Part shown: one piece after another, positions 42,745 to 56,980 of the stretch
Layout of the letters: each line of letters starts with the position of its first letter
Numbering within the stretch: the first letter of the stretch is position 1
DNA from: Octopus vulgaris
Lineage: Eukaryota
Reading direction: 5' to 3'
NCBI GenBank assembly: GCA_951406725.2
Contig: OX597832.1
Coordinates: 25,668,001-25,732,000 of the forward strand
DNA length: 64,000 nt
The notes under the pieces: model-generated
Seen by the model: only the letters and a program-made list of their open reading frames with translations
What the model was told of the DNA's origin: nothing
Databases searched by the model: none
Program-made: the position numbers and the translations under genes

Positions 42745-42980
42745 AGGCGGCGAGCTGGCAGAAACGTTAGCACGCCGGGCGAAATGCGTAACCGTATTTC
42801 GTCTGCCGTTACGTTCTGAGTTCAAATTCCGCCGAGGTCGACTTTGCCTTTCATCCTTTCGGGGTCGATAAATTAAGTACCAGTTACGCACTGCAGTCGG
42901 TATAATCGACTTAATCCGCTTGCCTGTCCTTGTTTGTCTCCTCTGTGTGTAGCCTCTTGTGGGCAGTAAAGAAATAAGTA
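42745..42980 (+). mobile_element. SINE family A, full-length monomer
   Basis: GGCGGCGAGCTGGCAGAAACGTTAGCACGCCGGGCGAAATG..GAGTTCAAATTCC..; the flank tatattaagtataagg is repeated on both sides (possible TSD). Confidence 0.9.
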
Positions 42981-44209
42981 TATTAAGTATAAGGGCCTGA
43001 AATTTGAAAGAGGCGGAGATCGGGATAGTCGATTACAACGACCCCCCAGTGCTCAATTGACCCTTATTTCATGGACCCCTGAATTCATAAAAGGCATTGT
43101 CGATATCGGTGGAATTGAAACCCAGATCATAAAGACGGACGAAAATGCCTTAAGCCCTCTTAACAAAACATATTTTAATGAAATTTTTCAAAGATGCCTT
43201 TTCTAAGTTCCAGATTATAATTTGAAGAATGTTCTTAACTTGCTATTTATCTGGGACGAGGAGTTTATAAAAATTTAATCATTCAACAGGGCGATATTCC
43301 ATGTTATCATTTAAAACTCTATCTATATTATAATAGTAAGTTAAAGAAACATGCTCATGGAGTTATTTTTCATCATTCCTTCAAATTTTATGATCGAATT
43401 CAATACTTATAATGAAACATGCGAACCAACAAAAGAGGTTTTAGAATTTCTTTATGATGCCCAACGATTATAAACAAGTTATTGAAAGGTAAAATATTAT
43501 AGAACGTTTGTTTTTTTGCTTTTTTTGCAATCTGAACCTCGACAAAATACTTCGCTTATAATAATATTATATTATATTATATTATATCATATGATATCAT
43601 ATTAATCATACAAACAAACATTTTTTGCTGGAATGGTTCTGTAAAAATATGCATACAAAGATTGTGCGAAACAAATACAAGCTACCCTCGGGAGAATGAA
43701 GAAGTTTTGGTAGTCATCTAAAGCTGGTAAACTCCATGAAACGGTGAAAAAGCGAGTTGGTAGAAATGTTAACGTGTCGGACAAAGTACTTTGCTTCGTT
43801 TTGTCCGGCTTTTACATTGTATTTTAGATACGACCGCTATCAACATAAACAAGTTAAGAGTAAAACGTTAATTATGTAATGAGAAACCAAGAGGCACTGC
43901 AATTCATTATATAGTTCCCCACCCAGGAGGGATCTGTGCAGGATGTGTCAAAACGACCGTTGTGATAAAGTACCCAGTGTACTCTATCTTCCGTATCAAT
44001 TGTTTCTACTATACTCAACGTGCACTGTGGAATTCCTAAAGTAGATCCAGTGACGATTGTGCAGTAAGGTGGATGATATCAGGTAGCCATAAACAGTGAA
44101 CGTGCTTTGCCGGCATACTACTAGGGACATACCGAAAACGCAGTTTCAATTTTGAATTTTGAATTTTAATCTAAACTTTAATTATAACTTATATGTATGT
44201 ATATATATA

Positions 44210-44265
<56 letters not shown>

Positions 44266-44269
<4 letters not shown>

Positions 44270-44498
44270 ACTCTTTTACTGTTTTACTTGTTTCAGTCAT
44301 TTGACTGCGGCCATGCTGGAGTACCGCCTTTAGACGAGCAAATCGATCCCAGGACTTATTCTTTGTAGGCCTAGTACATATTCTGTCGGTCTCTTTTGCC
44401 GAACCGCTAAGTTACGGGGAGGTAAAAACACACCAGCATCGGTTGTCAAGCGATGTTGGGGGGGGGACAAACACAGAGACACAAACACAGAGACACAA

Positions 44499-44552
<54 letters not shown>

Positions 44553-44695
44553 CGACGGGCTTCTTTCAGTTTCCATCTACCAAATCCACTCGCAAGGTTT
44601 TGGTCGGCCCGAGGCTATAGTAGAAGACACTTGCCCAAGGTGCCACGTAGTGGGACGAAACCCGGAACCATGTGGTTGGTAAGCAAGCCACTCTT
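44266..44695 (-). mobile_element. SINE family B, near full length
   Basis: Matches the layout of 21412-21813. Confidence 0.88.
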
Positions 44696-45227
44696 ACACC
44701 TATATATATATATATATAATTAGAAATATTGCATTTCTAAATCTCTCAGAGAGACTTATACAGCAGCAGCACGAGAAAATAAACCATCACTTTATTTATA
44801 TATAAGGAAGAAGCAAATGGCTAGCCACTTCATACAGCACGACTAATTAGCGCTCAGGCTGCGCTCTTATTCAGGATTCCTCTTAAATCTTCTAATACCA
44901 ACATTTCTCATCTACTCTCCTCATTGATTCCAATACGGACACTCAACATGAAAAGTACATCTATGAATTTATATTTATATGTTTATATATGTATAAATTT
45001 TTATATATTTATAAATTTTCATAAATTCATGAGCGTTCATATATTTAGAAATCTTCGTATATTTTTATATTTATAAATTCTTAAGAATGTTTATCATGTC
45101 TTATAGAATGTTTACCATGTCTTATGTGAATGCATCTATGTATATTGTGGAGAATTTCGACAATTTGAAATGGAAATGAATGAATGTAAATACCAACTTT
45201 TGACGTTTGTTTTGATTTTGCCTTTAT

Positions 45228-45264
<37 letters not shown>

Positions 45265-45490
45265 TATATGATAACCAACGAGAATGTTTACCAACCAAAT
45301 CGAATGGTTATTTATCTTTTATCTTTCGCTTGCCTCAGTTATTAAACTGAGAAAGTGGCCGTGGTGGAGCACACCCTGAATAATTTAGACAAGCAAATCG
45401 ACTCCAGTATATTTTGAAGACTTGCACTTATTCTATCGATGTCTTTTTGCCCTACAGCCAACTTTACATACATACATATATATACATACA

Positions 45491-45524
<34 letters not shown>

Positions 45525-45527
45525 CAC

Positions 45528-45591
<64 letters not shown>

Positions 45592-45984
45592 TATATATTA
45601 TATATAGATAGATAGATACATGTATGTAGAAGGATGAAGGATGAAAGAGAACAAAGGAGTTAATATATGTAAGCATGAAAAGCGGCATGAAAATATTTCC
45701 AAGGGACATTTTCCGTTTTTCTATCTGTCTATCTCTCTCTTTTTTACTCTTGTGGATTCTGGGCAGTTCGCAGCAGCTAGTTTCATATGAATTCTTGTCT
45801 TTAATTGTTTAAGCAGCGGTAGTAGTAGAGAAATGAGGTGAAGAAGAAGAAGAAGAAGAATATGCTTGAGTGGTATGACAGTAGCAGGATATTGGTGGAA
45901 TCCTGTCAAATGGCCAAGTGACCTAAAAGTGAACCGTTATGGTTGTAATAGTAGCGATTGGAAGCGATTGTAATAGTAGCATGT

Positions 45985-46135
45985 GAAGTGGCCGTTTTGA
46001 ATATATCATTCCTGAGAACTACGTTAAGGGGCCACTTGTCTGCGATGTGCTCAGTCACTTGCGCGTTAATTTTATGAGCAGTTTGTGCTGTTGATCGGTT
46101 CAACTGGAAGCCTCGTCGTCGTAACCGACGGAGGA
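45985..46135 (+). mobile_element. SINE family C, 3' part
   Basis: gagaactacgttaaggg..cgttaatttt..ctgttgatc..cctcgtcgtcgtaaccgacggag. Confidence 0.75.
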
Positions 46136-46576
46136 CCTGTTATGTTTGCATTATTCTGAGCTCTTTCAAGTATTATATAAAACTGGTTGTTGGCAATCAA
46201 TTAGATATGTATAGGACACTCATACACCTGGTATATCTCATTAAGGTAATATTTTGTGCTTAGTTGAAAATTTGCAGCTGTTTCATTAGAATTTCCGTTC
46301 TTTAAATAAAACCAACAAAACAATTTCTATCAAAGCAACAGATTGATTTGTTGTCAAACCAGAAAAATTGTCTCCAACACAATTCCTACTTACAAACGCC
46401 TGCATAAACATATATATTTTATCTACTATTTCGTTCCTTAACCATTTCTTACTCCCTAGAAAATTATTTAAGAAGCATCGTGTCTGCATATATATTGCTT
46501 TCCCTAATAGATGATACCTCACCTTTCAAACAGAAAAAATACTATATGTACGTCTTAGAAAACCTAACTTAGTACC

Positions 46577-46616
46577 AGTCTGATGACGGCTAAGAAACCG
46601 AAACTTCGAAGTCACT
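46577..46616 (+). ncRNA. Minimal type I hammerhead ribozyme with canonical core and GUC site
   Basis: AGT-CTGATGA-C-GG-ctaagaaa-CC-GAA-ACTTCGAAGT-C-ACT: 3 bp stem I, a 10-nt palindrome forming stem III, predicted cleavage after 46613. Confidence 0.7.
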
Positions 46617-46866
46617 ATCAACTGTTTCCTTGCAAAAATTACTGCTTACAGTAAACTACTGAAATGTATTATCTTTCACTATATTTATATATAAAAATAA
46701 AATTACATCATAAAATGTGTTAATATCTTCATCCTATCCTTCTCTCTCTCTCCATATATATGTGTGTGTGAGTCTGTGTGTGTGTGCGTGTGTGTTGTGC
46801 ATATATATGTGGGAATTCTTGCGTGTGATACTCGAGGACAATCAACAGTGGAAAGAAGCCTGTCTT

Positions 46867-46908
<42 letters not shown>

Positions 46909-46955
46909 CATACACATATGTATGTAAGAATATATATGTGCGTATATATGTATAT

Positions 46956-47026
<71 letters not shown>

Positions 47027-47586
47027 TTATGTATGTATATACATCTGTATTTATGAATCAGTCACAAACGAAAAAGTGACATGAGACCAACGCTACGAGA
47101 TACGTTTCGCTTTTTATGCCATTTTTTTAATGTGAGCTTAGATTCTCAGTTCCAATAAAGGAAATATTATGGAAACCAATACAGAAACAATAATATAAGA
47201 TTATATCATATTTTTACCTTACATCTTTCCATATTTGCATATACATTTATCACTGAATGATTGCGCTCTACATCTACGTATCTAGATTGTTCCTGCGGAG
47301 AATTTCTATGTAATAAAGCCAAAAAAATGAATATAATTATTCCTGTGTATTTTAAATATAAACATGATTATCAGTCTAGAGGTTTATATATATATATACA
47401 CACACAGAGAAACGCACTGACATACAAAGAAACACACCCACAGAAAACGAGTACGGATATATGCACGCGCACGTATATATAGACATGTTTTTGTATGCTT
47501 TACTTGGTCTCGCCCCAGTCCTCTCTGTTACTGAATATATTGAAACTAGTTTCAAGTGTGGACAGATGACATTGTATACATATATG

Positions 47587-47674
<88 letters not shown>

Positions 47675-47888
47675 AATACATGCATATATATGTGTGTGTG
47701 TATATATAAATGCACGTATATGTATAGGTAGATAGATAGTTTACATGCATATATATATATGCACACATAAACAAATATATATATTCATATGCATATACAT
47801 TTACATAAATATTTATATACATATACACACACATACACACACACACATATATATATATATGTACATAAATATATATTATATATAATAC

Positions 47889-47930
<42 letters not shown>

Positions 47931-48191
47931 TATATACACACATGTATACTTATGTATGGGTGTGTGTGCGGGTACGTGTGGTGTGTGTACGTGTGTGTGT
48001 GTGTGTGTCAGTGTGTCAGTGTATGCGGGCGTGTGTGTGTATATATATTAGAATAGCTACAATAAACTCGAACGTAAGAGTCCTCGAAGCAATCACAAAC
48101 TTTCTAGATTTCCTCCCACGCAGACACACGAAACACTCTACTACCAAACCCCACCCAACCCACCCCACCGCCGCATCCACTACGCACAATT

Positions 48192-48237
<46 letters not shown>

Positions 48238-48272
48238 CATATACATGCATACACGCACGCATATATGTGCAG

Positions 48273-48537
48273 AAGGGGTGTCTCAAAGGTAGGAAGGAAA
48301 CATCGAACTGTATCCAACCCCTACCGACACCAACAACACCATCAACCCGCACCCGCTTTCCACCCCACCCCACCCCCGGTTCCAGTTCTGCGACTGACAG
48401 AGACTTCACCAATAACATTAATCTCACCGATGCCGGGTACCAGTACTAACACCGCCGACACCACTACCACCACCACTGTCACGACAAGTCAACACCAAAC
48501 ACAACAGCAACAACAAACACTTCACTTCGAATTGTAG
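48273..48537 (+). CDS. Possible terminal coding exon of an unknown host gene (low confidence)
   Basis: Unique, GC-richer sequence after ..GTGCAG reads RGVSKVGRKHRTVSNPYRHQQHHQPAPAFHPTPPPVPVLRLTETSPITLISPMPG..TLHFEL*. No recognisable domain, and the polypyrimidine tract is weak. Confidence 0.2.
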
Positions 48538-48718
48538 TAACACCCAACATCGACATTATCCTATACCACCTGCTCCACATCATCATCATCACCATCATTC
48601 TTCTTCATCTGCTTCTTCTTCTTCTTCATCTTCTTCTTCTCCTCCTCCACCTTCCCCTCCTCCACCTTCCCCTCCTCCACCTTCCCCTCCTCTTCCTACT
48701 ACTACTACTACTACTACA

Positions 48719-48755
<37 letters not shown>

Positions 48756-49069
48756 TTGCTATTGGTACTACTACTTCATTTATCATCGCGCTCTTCATTC
48801 TCCTCTTCTTCCTCGCCCTCTCGTCCTCCCCTCCTCCTCTGCATAATCATCATCACCATCATCACATTCGTTCTTGTTCTTCTTCTTTTGCTACCACTAC
48901 TACTACTACTACTACTTCATTTATAATGGTTCGCCTCAGTTTCCTCCTTTTCCTCCACCTCCTCCTCCTCATCATCATCATCATCAACACCAGTAAGACC
49001 AGCAAATCAGCAACATCAACAACATCTATATTACAACTATGAACAACAACAAAAGCAACAACAACTACA

Positions 49070-49135
49070 GCAAAGCCTTGTGAGTGGATTTCTTTAGACG
49101 GAAACTGAAAGAATCTCATCGTATATGTGCGTGTA

Positions 49136-49186
<51 letters not shown>

Positions 49187-49282
49187 ATGTGTGTGTATCT
49201 TTCTCTCTGTGCTTGCTCCTCCATCATCGCTTGACAACAGGTGTCGGTGTGTTTACGTCCCCGTAATTGGCAGTTCGGCAAT
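49070..49282 (+). mobile_element. SINE family B, middle fragment
   Basis: caaagccttgtgagtggatt..gacggaaactgaaagaa..cgcttgacaac..gtttacgtccccgtaa. Confidence 0.8.
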
Positions 49283-49285
49283 ATC

Positions 49286-49343
<58 letters not shown>

Positions 49344-50607
49344 ACAGTCGTGTTCCACAATTGATAATTGTAAGGAAATTATTACATTTGTCCCTTAAAT
49401 ACCTTCTGATAGGCTCCAGTATGCTGAACATTACGAATTGTGTTTTAGATGTCACACTTTGGTGAGTATGCCATCTTGCTTAGGTATTTTTCCCGCTTTT
49501 TTCAAAGAAATATTTTAGCCAATTGATGTGCGGCATAGACGTCACGGTTTTATGGACACGTCAAGGATTGTTTTCTTTTGTCGCGCCTAAAGAAATAATT
49601 GTTTGGCTATATTTATGAATATTATATAACACATTAATTTCTTTAATAATTTCCAAAAATATTTTAACGTAGAGGCACTCTTTGATTCAAATATTTTCAA
49701 AGAGGTCGAGAAGAGATGAGATACTCTATGAATATATTGATTTCAAATTTTGGTAGACCAGCAGTTTTGGGGAGGGAGCTAAGAGGATTACATCGCTCCC
49801 AATGTTCAACTGGCACCATTTTATCGACCTCGGAAGAATAAAAAGCAAAGCGGACCTCGCTGGAATTTGAACTCAGAACTTAAAGACAGACGAAATTCGA
49901 CTACTCATTTTACCCTGCTAGTTTGATACCTTACTGTATGATAATATTGATAATATTCCACAGCATGAAGCAATTTTGTATTTGACTCCATAACGGCTGT
50001 GTTTTTGTGAGTATTTCCCCCACCAAAAACAAAATGGAGTAGTTTCTAAAATGTAATTCAGTGAAGGGGAAACTGAAATTACTAACTGTTGACAGATTCA
50101 TTAGTTTAGGACATGATCCGACTAAAATAGATCCCTTCCCTGGGCCCTGAGTGGGAAGTTATCGGCCTAAAGAAACAAAAGAAATAATGAATGTTCTAAA
50201 TATATCTAATGTGTTTTGTCGTCTGCCGGAAGCGGAAATAACGATTAAATAATACATCTACATTATATTTCTATTTGTATTTCGAAACGACATCATATCG
50301 CTAGTACCAGAAAATCATATCTTCGAAATTTACCTCTCCGCTGAAAAGATATAAAGATTATTTTGTATCAGGTTCGCCCCCAACTCACGTCTGCTTTCAT
50401 CAAACAAAAAGATTTTAATGTTTCGTCGGCGATATTTTTTACAACTTACCAAAAACTAAAAACGGAATCAAATCGGAGTGAGAGGTGGGACTCTTCAAAG
50501 ATGGCATAACCATCAATCAACTCGTTTATACTGTTCGTATCAATATCATATTTATCAGATATCTGATATCTTTCGAAAATACAAGAGGCCCTTAAAGAAA
50601 ACTCCCG

Positions 50608-50689
<82 letters not shown>

Positions 50690-50690
50690 C

Positions 50691-50731
<41 letters not shown>

Positions 50732-50766
50732 TAATAATAATAATAATAATAATGAAAATAATAATC

Positions 50767-50800
<34 letters not shown>

Positions 50801-50922
50801 AAATAATAATCATAATAATAATAATAGTAATAATAATAATAACAATAATAATAATAGTAATAGTAATACTAATAATAATAATAATAAGTGTCACTTTGAT
50901 GGCATGCACTGCTCTCTCACTC

Positions 50923-50977
<55 letters not shown>

Positions 50978-51369
50978 GTGATGAGGAAGATGAGGATGAT
51001 GATGACGATGATAATGATTTACGAAAATAATAATAGTTCCCAAATAATAATCCTTTCTACTACTACAATTTCTACGACTACTACAATTAGTGCTGCTACT
51101 ACTAATAATAGTAATGATAGTAATAGTAGTAGTAATAGTAGTAGTAGTAGTAGTAGTAGTAAGTAGTAGTAGTAGTAGTAGTGGTGGTGGTGGTGGTTGT
51201 AGTAGTGGTTGTTGTAGAAGTACCCTAAAGTGAATTTGATGGCATGCGCTGTTCTCTCAATGATGGTAAGGAGGAGGAGGAGGAAGAGAATGAATAAGAG
51301 GTGGAGGAGTAGGATTACACTGCTGATTTCTAAAAATATTAAGTGTTTCTAAATAATAATTCTATTTAC

Positions 51370-51410
<41 letters not shown>

Positions 51411-51421
51411 TGATGATGATA

Positions 51422-51477
<56 letters not shown>

Positions 51478-51481
51478 AATG

Positions 51482-51524
<43 letters not shown>

Positions 51525-51559
51525 CAATAATAATAATAATAATAATGATGATGATGATA

Positions 51560-51601
<42 letters not shown>

Positions 51602-51622
51602 GTGATGATAATGATAATGATA

Positions 51623-51683
<61 letters not shown>

Positions 51684-51689
51684 TAATAA

Positions 51690-52030
51690 TGTGAGCGGCT
51701 CCCCTGAAGGACGAAAGTATGGTTGTTTTAGCATAGTTTTTTTTCCAAAATGCATCAGATCAAATTTTCCTTCGTTTAGTTGCATTTTGTTTTTATCTGC
51801 CAATTGACTCACCGTATGTAGATCAGACTGAAGTTGAGTTCGGTTTTCTTCATTGATGATTTGCTGGAGCTTAGTGTCATCAGCAAATATTTTCCCTTTG
51901 CAGTGATTTACGACGCTGGAGATGTCGTTTTGTAGATTATAAAGAGGAGCGGACCCAAGACAGTCCCTTGAGAGGGATACCACTGGTGATTGTTACTGGG
52001 CTTGACTGGACTCCATCGACCATAACATTT
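51690..52030 (-). mobile_element. CR1-clade LINE RT fragment (same family as 8871-10170)
   Basis: SQGTVLGPLLFII / NDISSVVNHCKGKIFADDTKLQQIINEE..KMQLNEGKF..KQPY..PSGEPLT, frameshifted. Confidence 0.9.
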
Positions 52031-52055
52031 ATATACACACATATATATATATATA

Positions 52056-52440
52056 TCTTTATATATAAAAGTCAAGTTGTGTGTCTGTCGCCTACGATTT
52101 AGATTCCTAACTACTCCCACATTTTGCGATGCAGTTTAACCAAAACCGGGTATCTTATAGTCGTGATTCATATCGAGCCCTTCTGGGTATTAGCGCGCGT
52201 CTACGATTTAAAATAAATTTACTATCATTTTTTTCAATTTTAATGCATTTTTTTCGCTATTATATAAGGGAAGTAACTCTCTAAAAATGTCTACGGTGAG
52301 TCAACGATTTAAAAAAAAAATTACCATCATTTTTTCCATTTTTAATGCATTTTTTTGCTATTTTTTGGCTATATTTCTCTAAAAATGCTTATATAGTTAT
52401 TTCACTTACAAACCCGAGCAACGCCGGGCGATAGTGCTAG
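52056..52440 (+). mobile_element. Non-autonomous Helitron (385 bp)
   Basis: 5' TC (TCTTTATATATAAAA), 3' hairpin CCCG-agcaacgc-CGGG about 8 nt before the terminal CTAG, inserted between A and T. There is an internal imperfect duplication at ~52200-52385. Confidence 0.85.
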
Positions 52441-53395
52441 TATATATATATGACGGTCTTTGAGGTGGTGGTGATGCTGGATGGTACGATTTGTGGTTTG
52501 CTGGCATGCCGAGAGAGATCCAGCTCTGTTTCTCATATTTTTTAAAGTACAACTGCCTTTGCCCTTGACTAATGTGTTCTCGATTCTGTTGATCTCTGCT
52601 TCTCTTATTTTGAAAATAAAACTTCTCTTTGGTCCTGGCTCATTTGTTCTATCCTTTGCTGATTTCTTTCCCTCCTATGCCGTAGAATAGGCTCCTTCTC
52701 CTCTTGGCTTCATTCGTTTCTTCTCTGCCTCATCTACAGGCGATTTCGTTTCCGTATTTCCACCGTCTGTTCCACACACAATCGTTCTCTCCTTCTACGC
52801 TGACGCTCTCGTGCTGCGTCCCTCATGCGATTATTCACATTTTATATACTTGTTATTAAAACAATAAATCTCCAAAATGATTCTTTGCGTTTCAATAGAA
52901 AAAAACATATACGAAGGTATTAGTTTTTGTCCAAAAAGTTGAAAATGTTTCTAAGATACTCATCTTACTCATCTTAATTATATTGCAGGTATACACGCGT
53001 CACATTTAAGTATGTTAATTCCCACGTTAACCTCGTTGCTGTTTCGGTAGTCCAGTGGGCATGAGTGCTGAGAAGTAGTAATACAACACACAGGAGGTGA
53101 TTTCAAATCTCTTCCAGAAGTTTCAAGAGATCTAGTAAGCAACGAACTTCTTTCTCTTAAGCGTGGCACACGCGTCAGGTACATGCAAAAAACAAATTGG
53201 CGTATTAATAGTATTGATGATGACAATTACCCAAAGAATGCTTATAGTAGAAAGAATACGTGAAAAAATTAACTAACGGTCAATCGAACAAAAAACACAA
53301 ATATATACAAGTCACATAATACAGTCGATGACAAACTGTCATCGAATGACAGTGTACTTTTATCGTGTACTTAAATCTATACATACAAATATTAA

Positions 53396-53439
<44 letters not shown>

Positions 53440-53441
<2 letters not shown>

Positions 53442-53633
53442 GCGTTTTTACCGTTGGCGATTTTTCCTGTCTTCCCTTCTCTGGATCTTTCCTTCTCCTA
53501 TGTTTCCGACAGAGAGCTCCGCTCGAAACGTTAAACCCTCCTTCTTTCCTTCTTTCTTGAGCGTCCAATAATACTATATTTGTTCCACTTCCTCACGGTG
53601 TTGTGTTTTTTTTGTGCTTTCATGTTTGGATTA

Positions 53634-53640
<7 letters not shown>
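53440..53640 (+). mobile_element. Penelope-like short element with hammerhead-like motif (53502-53536)
   Basis: GTTT-CCGACAGA-GAGC-tcc-GCTC-GAAA-CGTT-AAAC; (TA)n on both sides. Confidence 0.65.
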
Positions 53641-53699
<59 letters not shown>

Positions 53700-53728
53700 T
53701 CCGTGTTTGTGTTTGTGTTTGTGTCTCT

Positions 53729-53759
<31 letters not shown>

Positions 53760-54320
53760 CACCCATGCAAGTTCATATAAAATTGGTTTCCTCTTTTGCA
53801 AAAAGTCTGCATGTGACTATGCATTTATATTGTATGTAGTTGTGTGTACATATGTATGGTTTCACGTATCTATATATAATATGTGTATGTGCAGAGTATA
53901 TGTTATGTTGGAGCATATATATGAAAGTTAATGATGTTGCCTACAGTAAATTATGAAACAGCTGTACAGATAGAGTAATATTAAGTCTTTATTTGCATTC
54001 TCATTCTTTGAACATATGTATATATACGTGCATACATACGAACGCCAACACATACACATACACACATCACCGCTATATATATGTGTATATATGTATATAT
54101 AAATGTATATATATATATATATATATGTATATGTATATATACACTTATATACATAGACATGTGTGTGTGTGTGTGTGATTGAGTATAGATAATGACGCAA
54201 ACAAAATAAGTACTCCTGCACTTGATATACAAAAAAAATACATAAACATGTAGATATATATACATAGGCATTTATATGGAAACAGAAACTGAACATATTC
54301 AGAACTCTATAAAGATTTTC

Positions 54321-54357
<37 letters not shown>

Positions 54358-55800
54358 TATATATATGTCTTTGCAGATTGTATTAGGGGCGTCGCTTAAG
54401 AAGGCTGACAGCAAGAAATTGAAGCTCTTGTAATTGCTTTACACCTGAGCAATTGAAGCAAAGTCTTTCGTACGAAAGATATGAACGACTTGAATGCATC
54501 TCAGAGCTTGGATGACAAGCTTAAAGAATATAACAATTCTGCTCGTTTTTCTTTTAATTGGACGGTTTGCAAATTTTCCAAGGGATTGGCTGAAGGAGGA
54601 GAGGAGGGATGCGAGGTGGGGATAGATGGGGAGGGGAGGGGAGTTAGAGCTGGTGGTGAGTGAAAAGTGTAATACTTATGTTTGTTTTAGCCAGGTGTTT
54701 CCTTCTTTTGTTACTTAGCCCGTCTGTAACGCTTTCACGTGATTAGTTGGAGGCAAAAGCGAAGAGCAAAAGAGAAAGGAGAGAGAAAAGAGTAAGGTGA
54801 AGAGTGAGAGAGAAACAGAGAGAAAGAGAGAGAGTGCTGTGTATTAAATCTATAAAATAGTGCATAAAGTAAATAATCACCGTATTCCAATTTCTTTCAC
54901 TTTTCAATGAGTATCAGATGAGCAAATATCGTTTGATAGAGACACAACACAGGCTACGCTTTCAGGTTTTTTGATAAAGTTTTTAGAAATACCCAATAAG
55001 TTTACCATTAATTCTGTGAAATGTTTTCGGGTACCGCTAGTTAATATTCATATTTGCCTAGTGGCATTTTGTCCATCTTAGCGTTATGATTTCAAATTCC
55101 GCCGAGGTCGACTTTGGCTTTCATGCTTTCGGGGTCGATAAAAGCAGTACCAGTAGAAACTTGGGGTCAATGTAATCGTTTAACCCCTCCCCACCACAAG
55201 TTGCTCGCCTTGTGCCAAAATTCAAACCAATGTTTGTGTAGCATATGTAATGATAATAGTGTTCTTTAGCTGAAGGAAGGATATTCATGCTTGTAGAACT
55301 GAAAGAAGAATATTCATTTTTATTTAGAGCAGGTAAAAATGGTAAGTTTTCTTTTACCCAAGGAAGGATATTAATGGTTGCATAACTGCAGGAATGATAG
55401 CAATTTTTGAGCAGTTAAAGAAATCATAGGTAATGTTGATCTCGGCGAAATTTGAATTCAAAACACAAAGACAATATATAACGGTTAGCATTTTGTCCGG
55501 CGGTTACGAGTAGGGATTATTTCTTCTATAGATACCAGGTCTGTGGTTTAAAGGGAGGAGGTTTGCCGATTCTATAGACATCAGTCCTCGGCGGGTACTT
55601 TATTTTATCACCTCGAAAGGATAAAAAGCGAAGTGGGTCTCGGAGATCTTTGAACAAAAAGCGAAAATAGCCAGAGGTGATACCGCAAGGTTTTGCTTTC
55701 TCTTTCTTATCTGCTGAAACTCTGGGAAATTTTTGCGAATATTTTATAATCAACTAATTGTTCCGTCAAGACAACGATAACAATAATAGTAAAAAAAACA

Positions 55801-56080
55801 AGGCTGTGAGCTGGCAGAAACGTTAGCACGCTGGGCGAAATGCTTAGCGGTATTTCGTCTGCGATTACGTTCTGAGTTCAAATTCTGCTGAGGTCGACTT
55901 TGCCTTTAATTCCTTTCGGGGTCGATTAAATAAGTACCAGTTACGCAGTGGGGTCAATACAATCGATTTAATCCGTTTGTCGCTCCTTGTTTGTCCTCTC
56001 TGTGTTTAGCCCCTTGTGGTTAGTAAAGAAATAGGTATTTCGTCTGTCTTTACTGAGTTCAAATTCCGCCGAGGCAAATT
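55801..56080 (+). mobile_element. SINE family A (monomer plus partial second unit)
   Basis: gagctggcagaaacgttagcacg..gtttagccccttgtgg..aaagaaataggtatttcgtctg. Further decayed copies at ~43000-43150, 49740-49910, 55050-55225 and 55530-55690. Confidence 0.85.
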
Positions 56081-56279
56081 TGCTTCAAATTTTAGCACAA
56101 CTAGTGTAATTATGGGGACGTGGGATCAGTCGGTTGCATCGACTTTACTATGTATCTGATACTGATCTCGGCGATATTTTAACTCAAAAATACCGTTAAG
56201 TATTTTCTCCGACTCGCTGAATTTGAACTCAGAACGTAAAAAGGGACGATCACAGCAATAGATATAATATGACACAATA

Positions 56280-56585
56280 CAATTATAACCAGCACCCTAG
56301 GGCAATTTATGGCTAACAGATATAATTGAATGTTTGGGGAGTGAAATTGGGGATGAAATACAGAAAGGCATTTCTATAATACAGCACAACACGAACGTTC
56401 AATTAAATTTGATTTGGTTTTTCTCAGGCTGTGGGCCGTACTTGTCAAAACGATCTTTTGGCTTTCTGTGAGATATGGTTCTCCTGGGATGTTATATAGA
56501 TATTTCTGAAATCCCCTTTTTTTTCTATCATACCTGCAATAACAGAAAAAACCTATGATTTAAGATGCTACATCTCTTGTGTCAT
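56280..56585 (-). mobile_element. Decayed R4/Dong 3' fragment
   Basis: Minus strand KM*HLK..VIAGMIEK / QKYLYNIPGEPYLTESQKIVLTSTAHSLRKT; abuts (ATT)n. Confidence 0.75.
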
Positions 56586-56609
56586 TATTATTACGATTTA
56601 TTATTATTA

Positions 56610-56659
<50 letters not shown>

Positions 56660-56941
56660 GTTATATGCTAATTTAATTAGCAGAAATTTTAATAATAATA
56701 ATAATAATAATGTCTACAATTGTGAGATAAAAATACAAATAACTATACGACAAAGGTTGAAGTGGTGGGTGTAATCCCGCTGGCCATATCGATGCGTAAA
56801 AAAAAACTATTGATATATATTGGTTAATGGCAAACGGCAAATAGATATAAAATAGTATCTCTTCGTATCAGGAGGGCAAAAATAATATAAGACATATGCT
56901 GGTATGAATGGGCCAAATGGAGAGAGTGTGAGAGGGCGAGC

Positions 56942-56980
<39 letters not shown>

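Noticed and set aside
56520-56553. Apparent recursive splice site on the minus strand (TTTTTCTGTTATTGCAG|GTATGA)
   Set aside because: It lies inside decayed R4/Dong coding sequence (VIAGMI), so it is a chance motif.
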